Of a stretch of DNA of 64,000 nucleotides, positions 1-9,933 are shown in pieces. The DNA lies in NCBI GenBank assembly GCA_051362555.1, contig CM120640.1, positions 18,724,001-18,788,000 of the forward strand, read 5' to 3'. Numbering within the stretch: position 1 is the stretch's first letter; each line of letters opens with the position of its first letter. The translations under genes were made by a program, and so were the position numbers. Under the pieces are notes generated by a model, which saw nothing but the letters and a program-made list of their open reading frames with translations, was not told the origin of the DNA and did not search any database. The DNA comes from Lingula anatina (Eukaryota; Animalia; Brachiopoda).

Positions 1-3000
1 CACTCTTAACTGATCGTCAGCTCCCCCTACAACAATCAGACTGTTTTCCGACTTCATCTTCTCTCTCAGATCTTCTATGTCATCAATGCTACATGTAGTA
101 GAATGTTGCCCTATCACAAATAGTGTGGGGGTCCTGCTGTCTAACAGTGGATCATCTACATCCTGAATCAAAATAATCGAAATATACTAATATACTAATT
201 TAAAAATAAATTTAAAAAGTCACTAGTTTTTGAATTAGTGTCTCAATAAGACTTCATGAAGCTCAAAACAAATTTTGCATTTTACTTTACAATTACTTAT
301 CGCAGCATAGAGTAATTATTCTTATGGCGACGCTATAACTTGTAAATCAAATGAGCATGATAAATCTAAGAATTTTATAAATTGTGAACTTCAACTTACC
401 CCTCTTGGTCCATTTATACCATTGAATGGAAATCCCAGGCAGACAACTGCTGTTACAGACTCGACCAAGGATACCTGTATTTATGAGAGGATTGCATTTG
501 ATAAATAAGGAGGGATAATGAATTGTTGTATCAAAATACCTGTTGGTACAACTTTAGCACTGACCAATCATTTAGCTCATTTTCAGTGTGTTATATAGAA
601 ACAAAATAAAACTGTTATCCAAACATCATACAAAGTGTGCTCTCCCCCCCCCCCTCCCCAACACACACACACTCTTGCAAGTACTGCATTTATGAGTAAC
701 AAACACATTTTTCATACTTACAAGTATAAAATCACAAAATCACTTACATGACATGCAACAAGTGCACCAATGTTCCACCCCAGCAAAACTATCGGTCTAT
801 TAGAAAAGTGACTTTTCAGCTGGAAATGAAATCAACATGATGATTAATATATTTTTTTATCTGTGAAAATTTGTTAACATCCAAACTATTTCTAGTTAAT
901 GCTTCCTTGCCAGCATATTTCTACATATCCTTTTACTCATGGTAACACATTTTTAAAAATACTTAATATACAAATAGTTTCAAGTCTTTAAGTCATAGAC
1001 CTGTGAGTTTGACCTAATGAAACAAAGATTAGTCAGACAGTTTCATGGGTAGTCCAATATATAACAATCTAACAGCTACCCACCTCCAGCACCTTGGTCC
1101 TGACTGCTCCTATCATGTGTTCCAGACACTGGGCAATCCCCACACCACTCCCACCATTCACTGTGTGAAGGGTGACTGGTATAACTTTACCCTGATTAGA
1201 CATCTGAGTGTTCCAGAATTTGTTACGCTTGGAGTTGGCTGCAGTGATATGTGTGGGTCCACTGGGGGCAATCAGGAGAAGTGGGTTTCCGGGAAGTTTT
1301 TTCTAAAAAAAAAAGTCCAAAGATTAGGTAACTGCAACTGAATTGGCACAACAAATTATACTTTGCAAATCAAAAGCAGCTTTGACAGATTTTGATCAAT
1401 CTGTTGACATATAAATAGATCATAATGCTAAATCCATATGAAAAAGTATAAAACATTAATGAAGACTTACTGGCTTGTGTTGTGACATGACACTAGAAAC
1501 AGGATCCCATGGGCGCTTTAACAGCAAGTTCAGTGCTTCAGCTGTAGTTGCGTTTGCCCTGCCACCAGTTGTAGATAAAGCTATCATCTTTTCTATCAGA
1601 GAGGGTATCTGAAAGACAATGCAATGATTTTATTTCATTTCTTGATTATGAAATAAACATCAAGTCAAATTTTGTTCATGGTTTTAAATTGACAACACTA
1701 GGGAGAAATAGTTTTAAAAATCATAAATACTGAGTTCACAACCTTAGTTAAAATGTTTTAATATGAAGATACAGAAAAAGTTACAGAGGAAAGAGACCAA
1801 CTACCTTAGATTTTAAGGTCTGAAGAATATCTAAATAAGCTGACAAGAATGACAGACTAAGGTGATCCACCAATACTCCATGTAACCACTGGGTTAATTT
1901 TGTGTCCTGAAGAAATAAAAACAGTAACAAATACCAAGCAAAATATTATATTGCAAAAATAATTAATTAAGAAAAAATACTTTAAAACACCTTAAATAAG
2001 AAAGGTAACACCAAAATAACAGATATTAGAGTTTAAAGACAGACAGGTACAATGAACCAAATTTGTATTTGATAATTTTTTTATAATTTTAAAGAAATGT
2101 CAATAACCTACCCATCCTACCGAACCCATGGCTTGTCTGAACCTTTTGGCCGTTTTATCCACACTTAATCTTCTCATTATGGGTTCATTGTTGTGCTGAA
2201 ATACACAAACATGAAGAAGGCTGTTTCAGATATTAAATGCATGTATACCAGTTATGCAATTTTCCAGAGTAGTCAAAACAAAAAGCTTTTTTTATTTTCA
2301 AAATCATTTTTTTTTATTTGTAAACATCTTCTCACCCCTTCATATGCCAATCTAGACAGTCTGTCAGACTGAAGAATTTTGATGACTTTATTGAAGAGTT
2401 TATTTTGCTGCAAGGTCCAACCAGTCCTAAAAATACATGAATAAAATTTTGTGTACATATTCCATCTAGATGTACTGTTTATGTAAAAAAATGGACTTAT
2501 AGTTTCAAAAATCCAAATCATACATACTCCATTTAAACATATGCATCACAAAATATAATGAGAGTGATCTACTTCAATACATTAAAATGCATTTATTGCA
2601 TCATTCACACCTTTTATTGAAAATTTAACAAATGCAAATGTTCAAATTCATTCCTATATCAGACTCATAATTGGTTTAAAAATTACTTATAAGAAACAAA
2701 CCTTGTTACAGTATCTTCCCAATCTCCAGGCTTTTCTTCCATCCTGGCAAAATTGACATGTCTCTCGCATTCATTCATCACTGATCTAGCTTTGACTGGG
2801 TCATAGATAGGAGCTGATTGGAAAGAAGGGTTTACCACATCCACTTGCATATCCCCTGAGCTAAAAAAAGAGAAAAACAAGTTCTCTCTAATAATTTCTG
2901 AAAATCTCAGAGATTTCAACCACTGTCAACACAAATTTCACACAAACCAAATCACATCAGAACTTACACATGTTGTTCTGCATTTTGTCCTCTCTGGAAT

Positions 3001-3215
3001 TTAGTCATGAAGAGCATCTTCAGAGGTTTTGCATTGCTGGCATCTGGATGTGCACTCCATGGCTTAGCATAACAATGGTCAAGCAACACGAGATCAATCT
3101 CATCTTCTTGGCCAGCAAGTTGTAAAAGAAACCTCTGCTGTTGCTGTTGGCCTGCATCTCCTCCTACCCCCACAGTATGTGAACTACTCATTGTGGATTT
3201 TATTGCAGAACTCAT
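1..3215 (-). CDS. KANSL3: KAT8 regulatory NSL complex subunit 3, 5' part; continues beyond the left edge
   Basis: Phase-consistent GT-AG exons on the minus strand: 3215-2968, 2860-2702, 2426-2336, 2195-2112, 1906-1805, 1608-1471, 1302-1084, 819-748, 474-400, 162-<1. The spliced translation contains KANSL3 motifs [27 protein letters not shown]...[50 protein letters not shown] and [18 protein letters not shown] (alpha/beta-hydrolase-like fold). Confidence 0.95.
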
Positions 3216-3478
3216 TATCCAGCTTGACGTAATCCTAGAAAAAAACAAAATGCAAGCTAAAGAAAGTACAGTTTATTATACATACATCATACAGTAACTT
3301 AATTAAACAGTATATATGACAGTAGTGAAATGTACGATTGCCAACAAATGGTATCTTAATACACAAAACTTATGCAAGAAGTTTTAACACCCATCCAAAT
3401 AATTAAATAATGCATTAGTTCTGATACAGTCTCCTGTCATACAGTAGATTTAATTGCACATTACCACACTGTATGTTT

Positions 3479-3652
3479 GGGGCCGTAGCGATAGTCCGAA
3501 GGTTCAATAGTCCGAAGGTTCATTGGTCCGAATGTTCACTATAGAACCTTCGGACCAATGAACCCTTGATTAAAAAATCGATGAAAATGTTACTACTTTT
3601 CGGACCAATGAACCTTCGGACCAATGAACCTTCGGACTATCGAGACGCCCCC
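3479..3652. mobile_element. MITE with ~28-bp imperfect TIRs, 8-bp TSD and internal 16-bp repeats
   Basis: Left end GGGGCCGTAGCGATAGTCCGAAGGTTCA; right end (reverse complement) GGGGGCGTCTCGATAGTCCGAAGGTTCA. Flanked by the direct repeat GTATGTTT at 3471-3478 and 3653-3660. The interior is built of TTCGGACCAATGAACC units in both orientations. Confidence 0.85.
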
Positions 3653-3656
3653 GTAT

Positions 3657-4080
3657 GTTTAAACCACGCTCGGCTGTCACCTTGAATGGATAGTAAACGA
3701 TTGTCGTAAAATCGCTAAATGATATTAAAACCGAGTGCATAAACTTGAAAACCACCTAGGACAACCTTGGACTGCCACATTAATCCAAAAGAATGCAAAA
3801 ATAAACTATAACAAGTGGTTAAAGCCTTCAAACCGAATGTCGTAAAGTCCCCATATACCTCCATAGAGACAATAAAATAGAGTAAGCTTGTGAAACAAAC
3901 CTGACCCAGTTCCAACAGAATAATCGAAATAAAATACTGCCGGGCATCGGAGCGGCCTAAAACTTGGCACGCTTACCGCTAATACTGCAGGCTACATCAT
4001 CCCGTCGCTCGTTTGTAAATTCCGTGCATGGCATACGCTGTAAATCAAAATTCCACCTCTGATGTTTATCTCGGTCCTCT
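3657..4080. repeat. Left arm of a ~424-bp inverted duplication
   Basis: Reverse complement of 4164-4528 joined to 7040-7098. About 3 substitutions seen by eye. Confidence 0.95.
3977..4080 (-). other. Putative KANSL3 5' leader exon inside the left arm
   Basis: Donor AGCG|GTAAG at 3976-3975 on the minus strand. The ATG-containing KANSL3 exon has a strong acceptor (TTTTTTCTAG at 3236-3235) that needs an upstream exon. The start coordinate is approximate. Confidence 0.55.
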
Positions 4081-4163
4081 CTAACCTACCATTACGAAAA
4101 AGAAGCCATGCCATTGGACAATGCGACCTCTGCGGTTATGTCATTTCCTGAATTGGATTGTTA
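4081..4163. promoter_or_regulatory. Unique spacer at the palindrome centre; candidate bidirectional core promoter
   Basis: Two ATTGG (reverse CCAAT) boxes at 4113-4117 and 4152-4156 and an ETS-type ATTTCCTG at 4143-4150. It lies in a CpG-retaining island upstream of KANSL3. Confidence 0.5.
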
Positions 4164-4528
4164 AGAGGACCGAGATAAACATCAGAGGTGGAATTTTGAT
4201 TTACAGCGTATGCCATGCATGGAATTTACAAACGAGCGACGGGATGATGTAGCCTGCAGTATTAGCGGTAAGCGTGCCAAGTTTTAGGCCGCTCCGATGC
4301 CCGGCAGTATTTTATTTCGATTATTCTGTTGGAACTGGGTCAGGTTTGTTTCACAAGCTTACTCTATTTTATTGTCTCTATCGAGGTATATGGGGACTTT
4401 ACGACATTCGGTTTGAAGGCTTTAACCACTTGTTATAGTTTATTTTTGCATTCTTTTGGATTAATGTGGCAGTCCAAGGTTGTCCTAGGTGGTTTTCAAG
4501 TTTATGCACTCGGTTTTAATATCATTTA

Positions 4529-7037
4529 CGGTAAAGTCTTGAAAATTTCGTCGTTCTTGAAAATTTCGTCGACAGACGATTTTCCGCCGACGTAATTTTT
4601 TTCCCTTTGAAAACTTCGTCGACCTTGAAAATGAGGTACTCGATAATTTTTGAAAAGTTCGTCAACAAATATGGCGGTGTTGTCCTGCTCAAACGTGAAG
4701 GTAATGCGTCAGTTGATTCAAGACAATGATACGATCAGGATATCATTGCCGATAACACTCTCAATGGGAGATAGGAACAATAGTGCGCCCTCGCGAGCAG
4801 TTACTCACAATATAGATGGTTTAGATGTGAATTCCCGTTCTCAATTGCGGGAACGTCGGCCTTTTGTCTTTAGTTGCATTACTATTACCTGGCTTAAGGT
4901 GCGTTATCAAGCCGGCAAATAGAAGTCACAGGCCGCGTCTTTGTCATTTGTAACGCCGTTATTGTTATCGGCGGCTGTCCTAAATGAGGAAGACACAATG
5001 AAAAAATCAAGATATTATCTCGAATGAAATGTACCCGTCACTTCTATTCATGCCCATGTTCAATTTAGGACCATTTAACAATTACCTGGCTCGTACATGG
5101 AGATCGTTCGCAATGCGAATGGGACGAGATGGCAATTTTCATATCTTCAGCGGAGAATCGTTCGTGTAATATCGTCAACAGATCGTTCGCGATCCAAACG
5201 AGACGAGAAGATAATTTTCATATTTGTAGCGGACTCCGTTCGCATAAGATCATCAGCGGGAGATCGTTTGCGATTCGAGAAAGACGAAAAGGCAATCTTC
5301 ATATCTTCAGCGGGAGATCGTTCGCGATGTAAGCTTGAATAAAATGCACTTTTCATATTTGTTCAAGGGAACTTCGTTCGTGGAAGATCGTCAGCAGAAG
5401 ATCATTATTTTAACCCCCCCTTCCCCTTTGAATTTTATAAATAATATATATTTTTCATTTTATCTTTAACCCCCCCTTCCCCCGCTCACGGCATATCTTC
5501 AGCGGAGAATCGTTCGCGTAATATCGTCAAGACTTTGTTCGCGTAAGATCGTCAGAAGGAGATCGTTCGCGATCTGAGCGAGACGAAAAGGCAATTTTCG
5601 TATCATAATCGGGAGATCGTTCGCGATGAAAGCAAGAATGAAATGCAATTTTCATATTAGTTCAAAGGATTTAGGGAACTTTGTTCGCGGAAGATCGTCA
5701 GCGGGAGATTATTTAACCCCGACCCCCCCCCCCCCCGCCCCCCCCCCGCCCCCCCCCCCCCGCCCCCCCCCCCCCCGCCCCCCCCCCCCTCCCCCCCCCC
5801 ACACACACACACACACACTTTGGATTTCTAAAAAATTTTCATTTGATCTTTGATCCGCCCCCCCTTCCCCCGCTCACGGTATATCTTCGGCGGAGAATCG
5901 TTCGCGTAATATCCTCAGGACTTTGTTCGCGTAAGATCATATCAATGGGAGATCGTTCGCGATCCTAGCTTGACGTAAAGACAATTTTCATATCTTCATC
6001 GGGAGATTGTTCGCGATGTTAGCAATAATAAAATGCAGTTTTCATATTAGTTCAAGAAACTTAGTTTGCGAACGATCGTCAGCGGGAGATCATTATTTTA
6101 ACTCCGCCTCCCCCTTTGAATATTATAAATAATATATATATTTAGTTTTATCTTTAACCCCCCTTCCCCGCTCACGGCATATCTTCGGCGGAGAATCGTT
6201 TGCGTACTACCGTCAGGACTTTGTTCGCGTAAAATCGTCAGAGGGAGATCGTTCGCGATCCGAGCGAGACGAAAAGGCAATTTTCATATCTTCTTTGGGA
6301 GATCGTCCGCGATGTAAGCAAGAATGAAATGCAATTTTCATATTAGTTCAAGAGATTTAGGGAACTTTGTTCGCGGAAGATCGTCAGCGGGAGATCGTTC
6401 GCGATCCTTGCTAGACGAAAAGGCAATTTTCACATCTTCATCGGGAGATTGTTCGCGATGTAAGCAATAATAATATGCAGTTTTCATATTAGTTCAAGGA
6501 ACTTAAATTGCGGAAGATCGTCAACGGGAGATCATTATTTAACTCCCTGTAAATTTTTAGGAAGTTACAGATGGTATTTTTAGAAGGCCTGACACTCAAT
6601 CCTGGGAAAAGCCTTGCATGCAACAAAGGTTCCCATGTGCGTAATTTTTTTTAACATGTCGCGTCCAGGTTATGATGCAAGGTTGCAATTAGGCTTATCT
6701 TGATCCTTCTCCTCTATCAGGAGGTATGTTTCTCACCGAGAAAATAATTCTCAACATGTTTTCGGGTACAGTAAGTTAAATATAACTTAATCGAGATGCA
6801 CTAATAAATAGATTATTATTTACCACCAGAAAATGACTTAGGAAGTAGTAATAAATATCCCACCATATAGGAGGGTCAAAGATAACAGTCGCTAAGGATA
6901 AAAGCCCAAAGGCCGGATTTTTGAAAATTTCGTCATACCCAAGAGTCGGGGAGAGGTAATTTTGAAAAATTAGTCGGATTTACTCAATTAAAAATATTAA
7001 TTAATTTTTAAGCGACGAAATTTTCAAGACTTTACCG
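4529..7037. mobile_element. Non-autonomous TIR DNA transposon, Tc1/mariner-type (TA TSD), 2509 bp
   Basis: Perfect 25-bp TIRs CGGTAAAGTCTTGAAAATTTCGTCG (4529-4553 and 7013-7037). TA is duplicated at 4527-4528 and 7038-7039, and the empty site is visible in the left palindrome arm. Subterminal TTGAAAA(T/C/G)TTCGTC motifs repeat near 4557, 4607, 4650 and 6921. No transposase ORF. Confidence 0.92.
5096..6549. repeat. Complex tandem repeat array inside the transposon (core GGGAGATCGTTCGCGAT), with a C-rich tract at ~5717-5800
   Basis: Many degenerate copies of the core occur in ~30-60-bp subunits. The higher-order block CCCCTTCCCCGCTCACGG(C/T)ATATCTTC...GAGAATCGTT recurs near 5470, 5860 and 6160. 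Confidence 0.85.
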
Positions 7038-7874
7038 TAGCGATTTTACGACAATCGTTTACTATCCAATCAAGGTGACAGCCGAGCGTGGTTTAAACGA
7101 GCAAAGTTTCCGAATGGTTAAAATGTTATCTTTTCTGAGAGGTTGGCATAACAACGATAAATCAGAGCAGCCCTTCAACCGACAAGAGAGAACAATAACC
7201 TGACAATGATAGTGACAATAATCACACAACTCCCTCTATTAATTCTTGCTAAACAATGTCAAAATAAGTACCGACTCTCATTGAGTAACCATAACGTCAT
7301 TTCGCATAAAATAATCAAATGCACGTAATCAAAATTAGCTTTTATCATTCCTAAATCATCTGGAATGAATTCCATCATTTACTGATTATGAAATGTTCTG
7401 TTTTTAGTAATAAACTTTACCTAAATTGACGCAGAGAGACTTCCCTGCATGACCGTAGAGCATCGGAAATTCTTATTTTCTACGCAAATAAAGTAGTTAC
7501 TATGTATTGGATTCACCAGAACAGCTATACTAAACAAAATTGATATATCATTTCTATTTTCTTTAGAACGAAAGAAATGTTGAAAGATTAACTGAAAATT
7601 GCATCGTGTATCACATTTTGATTTTAATTGTAAAGCGGATGAATCTGACGGACTACAGTCCAGTACCCATTGACAGTTATCGTAAATTTTGCACATGGTG
7701 CTCAAAAGCCAGCAGATGGGTAGGTATGATAATACGGTTTCTTTTCGTGTTATGGATGGCTGTTTGGAAGCATCATGATAAAATTGTACTTAAAAAAATC
7801 CAGCGAATCACGATTTTTTTCCATGGGATTGAGAAAATAAGTAAAATGTCTGATTAAGAACATGCCCCAACTTG

Positions 7875-7938
7875 TTCTCGCGCCAATTTTTTTCTTCATT
7901 ACACTCCCACAGATCAGATTCAACTGCATGATATTAGG
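7875..7938 (+). promoter_or_regulatory. Candidate promoter/leader exon for POLR1F and TAF1C
   Basis: E2F-like TTCTCGCGCCAA at 7875-7886. Polypyrimidine tract plus CAG ends at 7912. Strong donor AGG|GTAAGT at 7939. CpG is retained across ~7040-8050. Confidence 0.45.
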
Positions 7939-8058
7939 GTAAGTTTAAAAACTCCAGTGAACAAATTCCCGTTTTTACCATTTACAGACTGTCGTTGAAG
8001 GAGCCCACACCTCATCTGCGAGTCGGAGACAGCTTACTATTTTGGGTCAGAAAGGGAC

Positions 8059-9024
8059 ATGCCAGTTCCATTTTGCAAGATGAATTCTTTTACTGAAAGA
8101 CAGTTTCTGACTTTTCAAGAAGCAAAGGAGCTGATGTCCGACTCATATTCATGCTTTAAACTTCAGACCAGTGTAAAACACGTATTACTGTCCCCAAGAT
8201 ATATTGGAAATGTCAAGCAAGGAGTAGTGGAGCAACTGTCAATGGAACTGCAGCTGTATATTGATAAAATGGAAGGAGTCTTGATAGCATTTGATAATGT
8301 CAGGTTGCTCCAGAACACTGGGAATGTAATTGAGTCTCAGCCCTGGGTACACATGGACATTCAGGCTGATTTCATAGTCTTCCAGCCAGGCAAGGGCAGT
8401 GTTCTGAAGGGTGTGATCAACAAACTTGGCAGAGACCACATTGGCTGTATAGTGCACCGGTGCTTCAATGCTTCTATACTCAAACCAAGGGATGCAGATA
8501 GTGACTGGCAAGATAACTTTAAAGTTGGACAAGAAGTCACATTCCAAGTCTTGAACTTGTATTCTAATAACAGAGTGCTCTCTTTGAGGGGCAGGTTACA
8601 TCACACAGGAGAGGAATCTTTCCAAACTCCCAACAGATCTAGTCAAACCTTGAATCAATTTTTAAGCCCAACTCCCATAAAAGGATCATCTTTAAAGAGA
8701 AAAAATGATGAGTTGTCCATTGCCTTTGACACAAGCACACCTGATCATCATAGTAAAAAACAGAAAGTTGAACACATTAAGTCTGAAAGTATTGGAGTTG
8801 AAACTTTGACATCAAGCGTCTTAGAGAGTACAGTTGACTCAAGCACTGATGATCCAAATACTTCTAAAAAACACAAAAAGAAGAAGAAAAAGAAAGAAAA
8901 AGATATGTCACACTATATTTCATCAATAAAATCAGAAAAATTAGGAAGCGATGACTCTGGAATTGGATCCCATAAAAGTCACAAGAAGAAGAAAAAACGT
9001 AAACACAAAGAAATTGTTGACTAG
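8059..9024 (+). CDS. POLR1F: DNA-directed RNA polymerase I subunit RPA43 (TWISTNB), single-exon CDS, 321 aa
   Basis: Uninterrupted ORF with RPA43/Rpb7-like motifs (KHVLLSPRYIG, GVLIAFDNVRL, VHMDIQADFIVFQP, LKGVINKLGRDHIGCIVHRCFNASI) and a Lys-rich C-terminal tail. Confidence 0.93.
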   Translation: MPVPFCKMNSFTERQFLTFQEAKELMSDSYSCFKLQTSVKHVLLSPRYIGNVKQGVVEQLSMELQLYIDKMEGVLIAFDNVRLLQNTGNVIESQPWVHMDIQADFIVFQPGKGSVLKGVINKLGRDHIGCIVHRCFNASILKPRDADSDWQDNFKVGQEVTFQVLNLYSNNRVLSLRGRLHHTGEESFQTPNRSSQTLNQFLSPTPIKGSSLKRKNDELSIAFDTSTPDHHSKKQKVEHIKSESIGVETLTSSVLESTVDSSTDDPNTSKKHKKKKKKKEKDMSHYISSIKSEKLGSDDSGIGSHKSHKKKKKRKHKEIVD

Positions 9025-9152
9025 ATTGTTTTATTTATTGGTTGCCATTAACAGATTGATCAGGATTGTACAGACAATATCCCTAAACATAAACAGTGTT
9101 TCTGTTGCAATATTTGAATTATGCTTAACACTGCTTTGAAACAAATATTTAT

Positions 9153-9221
9153 ATTAAATGAAACATTGTACTACATATGGTAAGCATTATGTTGCTACTG
9201 CCTATATTTGTGTGCAATAAA
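9153..9221 (+). terminator. Candidate POLR1F polyadenylation signals
   Basis: ATTAAA at 9153-9158 and AATAAA at 9216-9221, followed by TG/T-rich sequence. Confidence 0.5.
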
Positions 9222-9933
9222 TGTGTAAGATTAGTAATGAGCACATTTTTATTCTTTATGAAAAATGTATGATATGGAGAAATAAATTGTTTGAACAGCA
9301 TTGATTAGTGTTGGATGCTTGAATAATAAATGTAAATGGGCATAATTAACTTGGTACTCTTTAGTGAAAGTTCTGCACGTTAATTTATATCATAACCATT
9401 CAATGACATTTTCGGCATTAAACAATCTAGCTTTAAGGTGAAGTGAGGTGTTCAAGAAAACTTGTGCAAATCTATTACATTTCACTGTTTGACAAAGTTA
9501 TTACATTAACCTCTATGAAAAACAATAAAACTTGTCTTGATAAAAGCTGAGATGCAATATGGAAGTGACTAAGAAAGATATAATTAAATTGACTGATATG
9601 CTATACTGCATTTAACAGTTAAAGTACAGTAGTAGGTCACTAATATTCCAAACATAGTGAAACGTGTAGATAATAATTCAGTGATTGGTCTTGCTTTAAA
9701 GGATAGATTGTATTTCACTAAAATGGGCAAAACTGAAGGCCAAGTCTAGTAAACATTTTTTTTAAAGCAAATAACAGGGACTGTAAAAAAAAGTAGACCT
9801 TTCTTGAAGATTGCATTTGTTAGCTAATTGATTTTAGCTTAGCATGCATAAATTGGATACCTACGACAAAAATAGTTGAAACTAATACATGTATCTATTG
9901 GGCTTTCCTTTCAGCCTCAGCCTTGCAAGTCAA

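Larger units (their letters stand above)
4164..7098. repeat. Right arm of the inverted duplication (4164-4528 + 7040-7098), interrupted by a transposon
   Basis: ATCATT-TA-[element]-TA-GCGATTTTACG rejoins exactly to the reverse complement of the left arm and ends at GTTTAAAC (7098). Confidence 0.93.

Noticed and set aside
3715-4595. Twin ORFs 'MELGQVCFTSLLYF...' at 3715-3915 (-) and 4329-4595 (+)
   Set aside because: They are a by-product of the inverted duplication, start at TTG, lie downstream of the donor (intronic) and resemble no protein I recognise.
5626-5853. Poly-proline ORF
   Set aside because: It is the translation of the C tract and (CA)n inside a transposon.
5096-6549. CRISPR-like appearance of the recurring GGGAGATCGTTCGCGAT
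   Set aside because: The intervening sequences are themselves repeated, the repeats are degenerate, there are no cas genes and the context is eukaryotic. It is a satellite.
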